From Hypanus sabinus (taxonomy: Eukaryota), in assembly GCF_030144855.1 (NCBI RefSeq), contig NC_082731.1, positions 29,884,001 through 29,948,000 on the forward strand: a stretch of 64,000 bases of DNA, read 5' to 3'. Below the pieces are notes generated by a model. The model searched no databases. It saw nothing but the letters and a program-made list of their open reading frames with translations, and was not told the origin of the DNA. How positions within the stretch are numbered: the first letter of the stretch is position 1; every line of letters starts with the position of its first letter. Both the position numbers and the translations under genes were made by a program. Of this stretch, positions 35,601 through 50,600 are shown in pieces.

Positions 35601-38600
35601 GCAGGGGTCACTTCCAATGCAGCTCCCTTGTCCATTCATCCCTCCCCACTGATCTCCCTCCTGGCACTTATCCTTGCAAACGGAACAACTATTACACCTG
35701 CCCCTACACCTGCTCCCTCACCACTATTCAAGGCCCTAAACAGTACTTCCAGGTGAAGTGTCACTTCACCTGTGAGTCCCTTGGTGTCAGCTACTGTACC
35801 TGGTGGTCCCAATGTGGCGTCTAATATATCGGTGAAACCCGACATAGATTGGGAGACCGCTTCGCCAAGCACCTCTGCTCCGTCCACCAGAGAAAGCGTG
35901 ATCTCCCAGTAGCCACCCATTTTAATTCCACTTCCCATCACTTTCCAACATGTCAGTCCATGGACTGCTCTACTGCCGCGATGAAGTCATGCTCAATTGG
36001 CACAGCAACAACTTATATTCCATCAGGGTAGCCCCCAACATACGGTATGAACATTGATATCTCGAACATCTCATAATGCCCACCCCTCCTTCACCATTCC
36101 CCATTCTCATTTCCTCAAACTGCAAGGTGAGAACGATCAGACATGCTGTTCTGGAGATGTTATTGAAGGAGAAATATTGTCCAGGACACCGTGGACACAG
36201 TGATCCAATGGACAGGCACAAGGTTGGATTCGGAGTGATGGTAAACGGCAGCACATCAAAGCAGATGAGTAGTGCAGAGGGATGGATGAACAGTCCACGG
36301 ATACCACCACAACAAAACTGACAAATCTAAACTCAGTTCATCATAATCTGCAACAGATTTAGATCTGTGGTCAGATTTACAACATCTTAATAATTGGTAT
36401 TGTTTTTAAATCTAGTCATTAGTAATGATGACTCTTCAGTTTTACTGGTGTCCCTCAGGGAAGGAGATCCTTACCCCTCGAGCCTATTTATGACTCCTGA
36501 CCTATCAATGTGTTTGTCTCCAAAAGCCCTCTGAATGGCAGCTCAGATGTGTAATTCATTCAGACTTTACCGGCAAAGCCCAGATCCCAAAAGATGAATA
36601 AACAAAATTGCCCACCGGTTGTTCATACCACCCAATGTTATATCCACTTACTGCAACACAGACTAAAATCAGACTGTCTTCCTTGATCTGCTGATTCACC
36701 ATCAATCATTTTGTACAAATTCTCGTGTCATTTAATTGAAAATTTCTTCTGAGCTGATCCAGCCAGATCCAGTTCTCCTCCACCCCAGCACCCTGTGACC
36801 CACCCAGATCCAGTTCCCCTCTTCACCCCAGCACCCTGACCCACCCAGATCGTTCCCCTCCACCCCAGCACCCTGTGACCCACCCAGATCCAGTTCCCCT
36901 CTTCACCCCAGCACCCTGTGACCCACAGATCCAGTTCCCCACTTCACCCCAGCACCCTGTGACCCACCCAGATCCAGTTCACTTCCACCCCAGCACCCCG
37001 TGACCCACCCAGATCCAGTTCCCCTCTTCACCCCAGCACCCTGTGACCCACACAGATCCAGTTCCCCTCTTCACCCCAGCACCCTGTGACCCACCCAGAT
37101 CACTCCCCTTCACCCCAGCACCCTGTGACCCACCCAGATCACTCCCCTTCACCCCAGCACCCTGTGACCCACCCAGATCCAGTTCCCCTCTTCACCCCAG
37201 CACCCTGTGACCCACCCAGATCACTCCCCTTCACCCCAGCACCCTGTGACCCACCCAGATCCAGTTCCCCTCTTCACCCCAGCAGGCTGTGCCCCACCCA
37301 GATCCAGTTCCCCTCTTCAACCCAGCACCCTGTGACCCCCCCAGATCCAGTTCCCCTCTTCACCCCAGCACCGTGACCCACCCAGATCACTCCCCTCCAC
37401 CTCAGCACCCTGTGACCCACCCAGATCCAGTTCCCCTCTTCACCCCAGCACCCTGTGTCCCACCCAGATCCAGTTCCCCTCTTCACCCCAGCAGCCTGTG
37501 ACCCACACAGATCCAGTTCCCTTCTTCACCCCAGCACCCTGTGACACACCCAGATCCAGTTCCCCTCTTCACCCCAGCACCCTGTGACCCACCCAGATCC
37601 AGTTCCCCTCTTCACCCCAGCAGCCTGTGACCCACACAGATCCAGTTCCCCTCTTCACCCCAGCACCCTGTGACCCACACAGATCCAGTTCCCCTCTTCA
37701 CCCCAGCACCCTGTGACCTACCCAAATCACTCCCCTTCACCCCAGCACCCTGTGACCCACCCAGATCCAGTTCCCCTCTTCACCCCAGCACCCTATGACC
37801 CACCCAGATCCAGTTCCCCTCTTCACCCCAGCACCCTGTGACCCACCCAGATCCAGTTCCCCTCTTCACCCCAGCACCCTGCTGTCAGTTTGATGGGTGT
37901 TTTTATAAAGATCCAGACAGAACTGTACTTACCACCTGCTGGTCCCGGGATGTAAAAGATCCTCAGCTGCAAATCTCACTGACTGACATTATTGTGCCTC
38001 CTGCACTGCCAACACTGAGCAGCTCAGGGAACATCTGTGGGGTGAGAAACTGAGTTAATGTTTCATATCAGTGACCCTTCACCAGACTCTGTCAATCTGA
38101 TTTCTGGCAGCTACGCCGTTTCCAGTTTTATTTTACTGAATTTATTTTGATGAAAACTGGTGTTTTTCATTGACTTCTGCAACTCTAGAACATCCCAGAG
38201 CCTTTCCCAACTCAGCAAGTACTTCTACAGTGTGTCACTTCATATGTGGGACTAAACCTCCAACTTGTCTGCATCTTGTTCCCACAAACTGAACTACAAT
38301 AAGACAATCCAGTCTGGGTGATGTTGGAAGGGAATGGTCAATTTTAGCCTAAAATTCCTAAAGCTCCCCACCACTGGAAACTCCTCATCTGAATCCTGAT
38401 TGTGCAGTAGATGAATAGACAGACACTATTTGGTTGTAGGTCATCCAAATGGTCCCAGGTCCTTAGTCCAGCAATTCTGTTGTTTTCAGGGGTTAACATC
38501 GATAAAGAGCAGTGAGGTTCCTCAGACCTCAGCTGACCAGCTCATTCCTGAGCTGCTGTGTACCTGGGAGGCTGAGGACAGTGTGGGTGAAATGGTGCTG

Positions 38601-41600
38601 GCTGTGGCTGGCAATTCCAAAGGGAATCACCAGTGTTCAGCCACTTACACTGGAGTCAGTCCCAGAGTTCCACAGACCACTGTACCCCGGGATTTACTGA
38701 GTGACAGATGCCTCCAGAGCTGTTACCACACTCTACCACATGACAACGGGTCCTGCTGGAATTCCCAGGGTAACACTGGGAAATCCACCTCCACATTTCC
38801 CTCACAGGCCGGACCTCACAAAGGATCACATTCCCCATTCATCTGACTGGGGATTCTGAGCCTTGGGAAGGGATTTATTCAGGAATGATTTCTGGATGGT
38901 TATTATATTTTAATGCATTTCAGATTTATTATTTTAAGCAAAATATGCTAAATTAATTGTTGCCACAGGAATTTACATCAACTTTAATGTTTCCCAGACA
39001 TTTCAAATCTGTTAAATTACATGACAGCATTGACACATGACAATCGGCTCCCCGCAATTACCAAGCATAGAAACATATAAAACCTACAGCACAATACAAG
39101 CTCTTCCATCCACAATGCTGTGATAAGCATGTACTTACTTGAGAAATTGCCTAGCGTTAGCCATAGCCCTCTGTTTTTCTAAGTTCCATGTACCTATCCA
39201 GGAGTCTCTTAAAAGACCCTATCGTATCTCCCTCCACCACCATTGCCGGAAGCCCATCCCATGCAATCACCACTCTCTGTGTAAAAAAATTACCTCTGGC
39301 ATCTCCTCTGTACCTACTTCAAAGCACCAAGTGTCAGGGTGTTCTGGACCCAGAGTCCCAGCAGGGTGCTGCTTGAGGCTTTTTAATGCTGATGCCCTGA
39401 TACACCTCACCGCAAGTCTCCAGTATCCAGAAACCCAGCGGGATCCCACCTTGCCCAGTGTAGCAGTGTGGGGAGAGTCCCAGCAGGTTAGAACCAGCAC
39501 CATTCAGCCCGGTCTGTGTGGACACGGTCCAGTTGGCACCGTGCCCTGTGCTTTCTTTCCTGTGACACTTCACCCACAGCACAGGTCAGCTTGTCCCCCT
39601 GTTTCACAGAAGTTGTGTCCCCGGTGGGGAGCCTGACATCAGCATTTCACTGGTTGTTTCAGGCTCAGTCTGAAGGGAATGAGAAAGGGACCATTTTTCT
39701 GCTCGGCACGTCTTTTGGTCAACATGAATCACCTGAGCTGACTGAGTGTACAACTTCCATCAAAATTATGTTCTTAAAAATCTTGACCATTGTGTGAACT
39801 GATACTCATTGTCCTTTATCTGTTTTATGTCTAGTATTGGAAAACAAGGTTTCATAACTTTATCTCCATCCTCCTAAGCAACCTCTTATGAGTTTGAAGA
39901 CTTGCATCAATTTCTTTTGACCTTGATTGCATCTTGAAATTCCTACTGTTTTTTTTTCCAAAGCTTGATCTTGTCCGGTCTCATCCATCAGCCACATCAC
40001 ATTTACACCACACTGCCTTTGTCGACTGCAGTCAAACCTGTTTGATGGATTAGTCTAAAACTAGCACATAGGTGTGGGTGAGCGTGAAGGTTATTACATC
40101 ACAAGGACATCCCAGAGTTCTGCAAGAGATGACTTCAGAGTTTGTAAATGTTCTGGGTATTATTTCCAAGGTCTGCAGGTTCAGGAATTTTTCCCGTGGA
40201 TTGAAGAATAGTAAATGTAACATCACTACTACACAGAAATTAGTGAGAAAAATATGTCAGAAACTACCAGTCTGTTAGCCTAACATCAGTGGCTAGATTC
40301 TACAATAAAGACTGTACTAAAACACCTTGAAAAGAATGACAGAATAGAGCAGAGTTAGCTTATATTGATGAAGACAAAACCATGGGTGATTGATCTGCAG
40401 GAGCCCTTTGTCGATATGACAAGTAGAGTAGAGAAGGGGAAATGAGTGGAGGTGCTGTATTTGTGTTTCCAGAAGGCTTTCGATAAAGTCTTGTATGGGA
40501 TATTAGCTGGATTAGGGCCTATGGATTTGGGGATGTGCACTGAGATGGATCGGGAATTGATCACTGGACAGAAATCAAAGAGCTGGCTTATGGATTCTTC
40601 TCTGGATGGCAAGCTTTGATGAGTGGGGTATCACAGTGAAGGGTATTTAGACCACAGCTAATCAAAGCTGCATCAACGTTGAATGAGCGTATAATACATC
40701 ATTTTAGCAAGACTGCTGAGGATATTATATGAGCTGGGATAGGCCCAGGGAGGATGCAAAGGAAATATGGACAAGATGAATGAGGAGCTGAGAAACTGAC
40801 ATGTGGAATATAATCTGGAAAAATGCCAGGTCATCTGTTCAGGTGCACATCTTCAAAAAGCACCGTAGTTGTTAAATGGTGAGAGACTGGGTTCAAAGTT
40901 CAGTGTAAATTTACTATCAAAGCACATATATGTCACCACGTACAACCCTGAGATTCATTTTCTTGTGGGCATTCATAGTAAATACAAGAAACAGGACAGC
41001 ATAAATGAAAGACCGCTCCCAACAGGACAGACAAACAATCAATGTGCAAAAGAGCAGGGGCGAAGCTCACAGCCTTGTGGTGCACCTGTGCTGATGGAGA
41101 TTGTGCAGGAAATGGTGTTGCCAATCCAAACTGCCAGGGCTCTGCAAATGAGGAAATTGAGCCTCATTTTCCTCACTTGGTAGTGGTAATGTTCAAGGGA
41201 ACTGAGATGTGCTTGTGCAGAAGGCAGTAAAGGTGAGGATGTAGGTGCAGCAACTGATCAGGATCACCAATGGTATGTTATTAAAGAGGGTGTGAACACA
41301 AGAGGAAGTAAGTATTATTGTGGTCAGAGAGCAGTTTGTGAGATGGCCACTGGGGTACTGCATAGTTTTGAACTCCTTACCTTCGGGTACGGGGTGATGG
41401 GGTGGAAATATATCTCTACCAAAGGAGGTGTACGGCGCTCCTTCCCTCTGCTAGCCTGCAGGTCACCCTTGGGCAAGGTGTAGCACCTGCTTAGCACCCC
41501 ACCCCAGTCCCTGATCAGGGTCACATGAAGCCATGGGAGCAGGTGGTAAATATCACAGGTCCTGGTTACGTGACCACTGATGCCAGGCAGACAATCTCTG

Positions 41601-44600
41601 AAGAGTGTTGATAATGGCTGGGCTCACCCATCTTGTAAAGACTGCCCTGAAGAAGTCAATGGCAAACCTCTTCTGTAGAAAAATCTCCCAATCATGGTCA
41701 TCGAAAGACACATGACACGGCACATCATGATCGAGTGAACTAACCATAGGGTGAGTGCAGGAAAGATTCACTAGACTGGTTCCAGGGATGGTGGGTTTAC
41801 ATCCTGACTGTTAATTAGAACCAGGAAACCCTTGATATGTATTGTTGACAAGACAAACTCACTTCCCAACAGTGCAGAATAAACATTGCTTCACCAAGGC
41901 CAAAACATCGGGAATGCTGTGAGCTGGACACAGTCGTAAACAAGAAGTATACACGTTCTTCGAAAGAAAGGGTGGAGCCTTTACACTGACATCACAACAT
42001 AGACTAGCAAGGCACTGAGCCACGTGGCAATGGGTGGATGCATTGATCCTCTTCTACCTGTTCCACCATGGAGAGACACTGAGGTTGATTTATGACCCAA
42101 TTGCTTTTCCTGAGTCCATTTACACCAAGTTAAGACTGAACTTGGCCCCCCCATCCCAAAAATCCTGACTGCGCCAACATAAATTTGTTTTTTGTGAATT
42201 CAGAATTTCTCTGGCACTCCGTGTGAGGAATTCTTCACTGAAACAGTTAAGATTATAAGGTTCTTGACAGATGAGATGTGGAAAGGATATTTCCTCTTGT
42301 GAGAGAATCAAGAACTGGGGATCATTATTTCTAAATAAGAGATGGTGTGATTAAAACAGACAAGTTGAACACTTTTCTCACTGAATGTTGTGAGTCTTTA
42401 TCAAACAGCAGTGGAAGCAGAGTGTCTGAATAGTTTCATGTCAGTGATTGAAGATACTTGATAAGCAAGAGGTTACTCTGTGTGCCTTCAATGTCACTTC
42501 CTGATCAGCCATTCCCTTACTAAATGGCAGAGGGGTTTTGAGGGGCTGACTGACCTCCTGTTGCTCCAAATCCATGTGTTTGTTTGTCTCTCCTGCTCCC
42601 GGGACCACTCAACCCTCTCTTGTTGGCAACTTTAGCTGTCAATAGCAGGGAAAAGCAGGTGGGTCAGAACAAGCCCTGTCCACAACTCCACTGAAGATAA
42701 TTCTGACAACTGGTCAAAACACATCCCATCACTTATTCTCCTGTCAAAGCCATTGGAACACTGAACTTTCAAACTAGATTGGAAAATATTCAAACATTAA
42801 GAACATTTTAAAAAATGTTAACTAATTCCGCTAGTTAAATATAGCACTCAGGAATACCTGAAACAATGTAATTGGAGTCAGTGAGTTACTTCATTAAATC
42901 AACAATTAGTCGTTTCCAGGGAAGTGGATAAAGACCGAGTTGTTTCAAGTGGGGTTTTGATGATAATTGGTGAGGAATTACCACAGCCTCGTGTCGTCTC
43001 ACTGGACACCCCCCATCAGGTGTGCACTGAGGGAAATACATCAACATCGAGCAGCATTTCAAGCATTGGCTCAGGATTTCCAAATCGCTCTCATTATTGC
43101 CGGTGTCATCCAGGCCAATGTCTTTCCACACACCCATTTTGTTTCTCACCCTCATCATCAGTACCGACAGGTGGGTCAGTAATTCATGTTGAATCTGTGG
43201 GGTTGCTTGCATTTATCATGATGTGTGACATCACGTGCTGCTTTGGTGAGTTGAATTAAATCTCGGAAGCAGAGTTTAATACATTGGTAGCCACAAGTCA
43301 GTCTCACATTTAGTGCTGGAGACAGAGCGCAAATATTTACTGCATCCTCATTTAACTCTTCCATTCAACAGCACCTCAAACAGCTTGATTTTTCAAATAC
43401 CTCAGTAGACAATACTTTGTTTCATGAAAACTCCTTTGACCAACAGCTAATGTTGTTATGGGGAAGAATGATTAGCTCTGGGTTTAACTGAAGAGTCAAT
43501 CATTACAACACTGGTGTGAGCTCAGGTCAGCGGAGTGGGTTCTATCCCACGTCCTTACACCTCACAAACACTCTAGTTTAAATCAGTAAGTGCAGTTGGA
43601 CATGGATTTTGTGTTTTAAAACACAACAACATCTCTTCAGTTTTATCTGACTGCAATGCATTTATTTACAGCAAAATCTGCATGAATTTATTTACTTTTC
43701 AGATGTCAAATCCATGCCATCAGTCTACATCACCTCGTCCACCAGCACAGAAACTCAACAAGACGTCAGCCTCCTCTGCTTGGTGAAGGACTTTGAGTCT
43801 ACTAGCATCACTTCAACATGGTCCACTGACACTGGAGAGATCACAGCTGGGATCAAGCAGAGCCCAGTAGTCCTGGGGCAAAATATGAAGTACATGATGA
43901 GCAGCTTGCTCCGAGTTCCTGCAGCAGATTGGAACAGCAACAAAGTCTACACCTGCAAGGCAGGGTACAAGCCAGACAAAATAAAACAAGCTGAAGTGCA
44001 GAGACGTCAAGTCAGAAGTTAGTATAAGATAGTATTTGTATCCAAAATTTCACTGATTTCAGGAGTTGGGCAGAAACCTTTGCTGACTAGTGCGGGGAGT
44101 CATGAATTCTTGTGTATATTTGCTTTCTCAGTGGTGTTGCTAATGAAATGGAAAGTCATGAGTCTTGGTATGAAATTGGAAGAGAGCAAAGTTGTTGCAT
44201 TTTCAGCCTGAAATGAACCACTCTGAGTGATTAGTTCTGCAGTTTTAATGTCAAGGAAACTGAATATTGGGTGGATTGAATCACAGCAGAGCGAGACTGT
44301 TGAGTCTTCATGCAGGTCCTGCCTCACTTCATGTTTCATAGAATCACCCAGGGCAGATGAATGCCCTTTGGCCCATCTTGTCTCTGCCAGAATTATGTAG
44401 GAGATGAAGTCAGCCCCATTGCCCCTGATATTTCCAATTGGCCTTGGAAGTATTTCCCATTGAAATACATATCCATTTCCCTTAGGAAAATTCCCAAATA
44501 ATCTATTTACATCACCCACTTCCAGAGTTGAACACTGGGTGAATTTGTGAAAACTTCCTGGTATCTGCCTGGCCTCTTGAACCAAAGTCTGTTCCCAAGC

Positions 44601-47600
44601 CTCCTGCCAGTGAAAGTAGTTCCACCTCATCTTCGCCTACAAACAGCAACAGGTGTTGGATTCCTGCTGCCAGTGCCCACTCCACCAAACAACTCGATGT
44701 ACCTCAACCTCATTTACCCACCCTTCCCCTTCATCACTGCATAGAGGCACACTCTGTTTGCGAGACCTCAGTTATACTGACAGCCCTCCCAGTCACAGCG
44801 TCTCACTGTGGATTCACCATGTCAATGGGCAGGGGTAAATCAGCAGCATTGTGGAGAGGGTTACTGTTGGGGAATTTTGCCCCTGATGTTGGGGTGATAG
44901 AGTTGATCTTAATTAAAGTTATAATAATGTTTTACAGCTCAGCCTCCAGAGATCAGTTCCCTTGTTCCAACCTTGAAGGATGTCCACAGTCAACAACAAG
45001 CTATCCTGGGCTGTTTGATATCCGGATTTTATCCCAACCAGATACAGGTTTCCTGGAGAAAAGCTGGATCCATTCAAATGGGTACCACTCTCCCCTCGAC
45101 AATGAGAAACTGCTCAACCTTTGAAACCATCAATTACCTGACGGTGCCGATGGACCAGTGGACCAGTGGAGACAAGTACACTTGTGAAGTGACCCACACA
45201 CCTTCCAATTTCCAGAAAAGCATCAACGTGACATATCAAAGTGGTGAGTGGTATCTGTGGGGAAACCCATTTACCGTCTACAACTCAGCCTTGTACTGAG
45301 CTCAGGCTGAGTTCATGTCCAAAACGTCAACATTAGTGGGAGAGAAAAGATGTTCGGTGGTTGGTTTTCTGACACTGAACTTGCCCCTACTTTTAACCCA
45401 ACATCAGGGTGGAAACCATCCTCCTTTTACTCTCACAGTTTTAGTTTCCACTATGTCACGGGTTAAGAGAATGGGGCATCGAGGAAAATAGACGTCCCAA
45501 TTATTATTTTCCCAAGTTTCCAAACTCTGCTTTTGCTTCTAGTGGCTACTCAATAGATTGTGAACTTACTGGAATGTCGAACCCTGGGTTTTTTTTTAAA
45601 TGACCCCAAACTCCTGAAATTTGGTTTACTTCCTCATGTTGTATAGTGCGGGGAAAGTTGAAGCAGCCTACTGTGCTTTGTGTGACCTCATCCCTATAGT
45701 TTCCTAAAACATAGAAGAGGTATTGGGAAAATATGGAACTTCCGCAGTCTAATGCTCAATTATGTGAATCTTCCAGCTCCAGGTGAAGATTGTTCGAAAT
45801 GTGTGCTGATGTTCATCCAAGCCTTTCTAGTGGAGTTACATCAAACACATGTTATCCATTGGGATCAAAGTGTAATAGTAGGTGGTGATAACAACCAATT
45901 CAGATTCTTGTCCCCTAGCTCGTCCATTTCTTTTATTGACATTGCTGGTTCACTGTGACTCAGACGCCAGTGCTGACCAGTTCTGTTCAGGAATCTGACT
46001 CCAGATGGCAAGAACTGAAGCTTTTTTTTTGGTGGGGCAGGAAGGGAAGGAGGAGGAGGATGGAATTTAAATATCTCACTGGTGCAGTAAAATGTTGGAT
46101 GAACCTTTAATATTAATCCTGGGGCAAAATGGAGAGAAAGAACACAGGATCAATTTATTGTCCTGTTCAGTCTCAGAAGTTGTGGACGAAAATCCTGCAT
46201 AGTTCCCTTGACCCATCTCCCAGAAACGGATCTCAGTCAAAAAGAAGAATTTAGTAACCACAAAGAATGCCCCAGTGCTAATATGTAAAATACAAGAAGA
46301 ATAATATTAGCATTTTGGGATCTTGAGGAGAATGTTTTGAATCTCAGGGCTGCCAATTAACTATTAAACTATTAAAGAAGGGATTACTACCTCTGGCCAC
46401 CAAGATTCAACAAACTTTGAAACAACTATCAAAATGTGTCTGGAACAGCAGCACATCAAGGCCATTTCTCTGATAAAGGATACGGGCGAACATCTTAATA
46501 AATATGCCTTTGACATCATCATGACATGGATTAAACCTAAATTCACAGATTATCCACAGTGTCTATCCACCACTCTTTACAAGTTCCTCACCATGCAACA
46601 TTAGGGTCCATGTTGAGACCGAGAACAACCCACTGGTGTTTTAGGAAGGAAGCTGTTCACCATTTTTTTTGTCACAAAGAGAAGGGCTACTGAATGGAAA
46701 ACATCTGACGTTATCAAACAACAGAGTCTCTGTTAGTAGCACACACACAATACTGGAAGAACTCAACAGGTCAGGCAACATCTATGGAGAGGAATAATCA
46801 GTCAACATTTCAGGTCAAGACCCTTCAACACAACTCGGCTCAAAATGTCAACTATTTATTCCTCTCCATAGGTGCTGCCTGACCTGCTGAGTTTTTCCAG
46901 GCTATTGTGGGTGTTACTCTGGATTTCCAGCATCTGTATTTATGTATTTATGGGGTCCTGTCGGACCTGGAAGGAGGCTGAGAAATAGATATTAGCATAC
47001 ATCACCAAACAAGATGACTCCATCCCACGGTCAGTGTGTGTGAAACGTGAGCTCTAACAGCGGCCATGGGTACTGAGCACCCAGCACAAGGAGATTCACT
47101 CTTTCTGCATAGACACACGAGAGTGAAATCAATCAAGAACAATGTAGCCGGGCCTCTCAATGCCACAGAGAGCATGTAGTCATCTGTGTAACTGATTCCA
47201 CGATGCTGCTTTGGGAGAACATGCAACAAATTTCATTCCATTCCATTCCCCTTCCAGTGATTCGGTTTTGAAATGGGTGAAAGGATGTAGTCTGGAAACA
47301 ATCCCCGATCAGTAGCAAGTGGGAGATTTCTGTGACTTTATGGGTTACGTTACTGTTCCAAACACTTCCTTTCTTCACAGGGATTCATCATCACTTCCTT
47401 TTAGAATTTTCCTTTGACATATTCAAACCCCAACAACTTCACCGGAGCACAATCACAAAAAAAATGACACGAACCCAGTCAGAAGTATTGAGGGCTGTGG
47501 CAAGGGCAGCATTTCATGTCCATCGCTGATTGCTCAAGAACTGAGGGACTTGTGGGGCCATTTCCGATGGTGATGAAGGTTCAGCTGCACTGCTGCAGGT

Positions 47601-50600
47601 CTGGAGTCACATGTCAGCCAGAGCAGATATGGACGAAAGATTTCCTTCCCTGAACAACAATGGTGAACTGGATGGGTTTTATGACAGTGCAAATCCTTCC
47701 ACAGTCCACACCAGTAATGCATGTTTTTAGTTCAGAATGCATTTATTTACTAAATTTAAATTCCCACTGCCAGATTGAAATTTGAGCTCGAGTCTCCACG
47801 TCATCAGTCCAGCAACTGATGGAGACTCTCCAACCACAGCTGTTCATTTCAAACAGGAGTGACTGGAATCAACCATGGAGGTTTACTGAGTGAGATTCCG
47901 TGTTTGCAAGCGAGACACCTAAAAACACAGCCACCAACTGAAGGAGTGCGGTGTACGAGTGACTGGAGTTGGGCAAATGCAACATTTCCTGACTTCGCGA
48001 AGATTGCCGTGATGGGTAGAAACACAGTCACAGTAAGACTGGAATATCAGGATGTGAAGTTATTAAACTGAGTGAATCCCAGGCTCAGCCCAGATGGAGA
48101 AAGGGATTCTCATTGAGTCACAGTGTTCATTGTTACTGATCAATGGCACTGAGTCTCCAAGCAAAGAATGTAATGAGCTGTGTCTCTGCTGAGAAATCTG
48201 CATGCATCTTTCCGTCACTGTGTTACACAGTAACTAAACAATGCTCAGCCTCACTGATTACAGTCATTGCAACAAGATTTAAATCAAATGTCATGTTGAT
48301 TTAATCTTATTTTCTCTGTTAAACCCTGCAGCAGTGTGTACCACACCAATCAACCTGGTGTGTTTCTTCTACTCTGCAGTAAATATAACCCTAATGTACT
48401 GATGATCTGTCTGTCTTAACACAACCAAGAGAAAAGTTTCCATTAAGATTCTAAAATCTTGTATTTCCAATCCACAGAATTGTTTGTCTTTATTCAAAAC
48501 CCTGACATTGAAGAGATGTGGATCGACAAGACTGCTACCGTGAAGTGCACGGTTATCTGTACAGATCCCGAAGATATCGACATCTCTTGGCACGTGGGCG
48601 GGAAGGAGAAAACAAATGGAATTCACACCCATCAAGCGGAGAGGGACGGGTCCCAATCCAGAGTGCTCAGCGAACTCCAGATCAGTGTGGAGGAGTGGTT
48701 CAGTGGGGTAGAGTACGAGTGCTCTGCTCAGGGATCTCCTTCATCTTCCCGAGTGTCAGCACGGACCAATAGTACCAAAGGTGGGCAGAAGGCCAGAGAT
48801 TAAATGGCCAGCATTAGTCACCTGACGCAAATGTTTGACGTTTCCTTTGTCTTCTTGTCTATTCCAGTCGAGATAAAAAGTCCCAAGGTCAGACTGCTGC
48901 CTCCACCTCAGGAAGAGACCAAGAAAAGGAAAACGGCCACACTGGAGTGTGTGGTCTCCGGATTCTACCCGGACCAAATAAATGTTATCTGGGAGAAAGA
49001 CAACACCGTGATCAACACCAACACCAGCGCTACACCGACCTCTCTGGAGCAGGGGTGGACTTTCAGTACCAGACACTTCCTGACTGTGAGTTTACAGGAG
49101 TGGAAGACAGAATCAGTCTTCAGCTGTACCGTGATTCATCGTCCCTCCAACACCCGTATCAAGAAGCAAGTGAAGAACGTCCAAGGTAGGGTCCTGGGAC
49201 TCAGCCCATTATTGAAATTGTTTACATTATGCTATGAATTCAAGGTCAACACTAAATCACGGTGCAGCCCTGGTTTAGTTCTGTGGGTGAAGTGATAAAG
49301 TTCAAAGTACAAAGTACATTTATTATCAAAGTCTGTGCACCCATATACAACTTTGAGATTCTCTTCTTGCAGACACTCACTAAACAAACACAATAGCATT
49401 CAGAGTCAACCATCCAATGTGTGAAAAAAAACACATTGTGTAAACAATATAATGATTCAAACAAACAATCCACAGAACCTGAACCGCAGAGTCCCCTGAA
49501 GTAGCCACGTCACCAGTTCAGCACTGCAACCGGTCCAGGAGACCGATGGCTGCAGGCCACGGCCACGGAGCCAGGTTCAGTGCTGAGGTGAGTGCCGATG
49601 GCTGCAGGCCGCAGCTGCAGAGTCAGTTCAGCGCTGAGGTGAGGGAAGCCTCACAGAGTAGTGAGATGAACAGCAGTTCGGCCTTCACTTGTGATGTCGA
49701 CGTCTTCAGCTTTTTATTCAGGTGAGGTGATAAAATCAACCAATCTTAATTAGTTCTCCACTTTCAGCCAACATAATCCAGACTTTCACCACAGAAATAA
49801 TTGTATCCCAGAAAATTTTTCGTAACTTTAGGGGAATCCATAACATTTCACTGGACAGGCACTGTGGAAATCCCTGATACTTGTCTTGAAAATGATCCCT
49901 CCCTCTGCCTTTGAACATAAACCTAGTGAGCACATTCTTTGTTCTGATTTTCTTTTCTGAATCAAAACTTACAGGAATATGAGATATGTGATTCAGTCCT
50001 GGGTGTTTTGGTTATTCTGTTTGCATTAAATGCACCTGTCATGTACTGATGATCTGTCTTGACCTAACACAGGGGTCAGCAACCTTTACCACTGAAAGAG
50101 CCACTTGGACCCGTTTCCCACAGAAAAGAAAACACTGGGAGCCGCAAAACCCGTTTGACATTTAAAATGAAATAACACTGCATACAACGTTTTTTTTGCC
50201 TTTATGCTATGTATAAACAAACTATAATGTGTTGCATTTATGAAATTGATGAACTCCTGCAGAGAAAACGAAATTACATTTCTGCATGCAACAAAAACAT
50301 TTTGAACTCCGAAAAAAAGACGTTGGGTTGAAAGTTACTTTTAAGTAAAATACTCAATGTCTATTTGAGTCCTTCTTGTATTTATGAAAAACGCCGAACT
50401 TAAATTTTCCGCCAGCAGCAAACCAAAAATAACATCAGCCAGCTGTCAGCCTGAAAAATAAAAGGACTATTTCACTGAACAATGAAAAAATATGAATATA
50501 CATAAAATAATAGGCAATTAAAATATTTATCATACTTGGTTAATGGGATTTCTGGTCCTGGACCTCAGCGCACAGCGTCTGCACATCAGGGCTGTATGAC

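Noticed and set aside
18622-37881. Tandem arrays (25, 47 and 43 bp) as CRISPR arrays or repeat proteins
   Set aside because: No unique spacers, no cas genes, vertebrate context. The ORFs in them (e.g. 37086-37501, 31658-32313) simply translate the repeat.
49186-49295. Read-through peptides after CH4 (GRVLGL...LCYEF...RCSPGLV) or after CH2 (GEWYLWG...) as secretory tails
   Set aside because: Their similarity across copies is explained by the recent duplication; good GT donors are present and there is no tailpiece motif or clear poly(A) signal.
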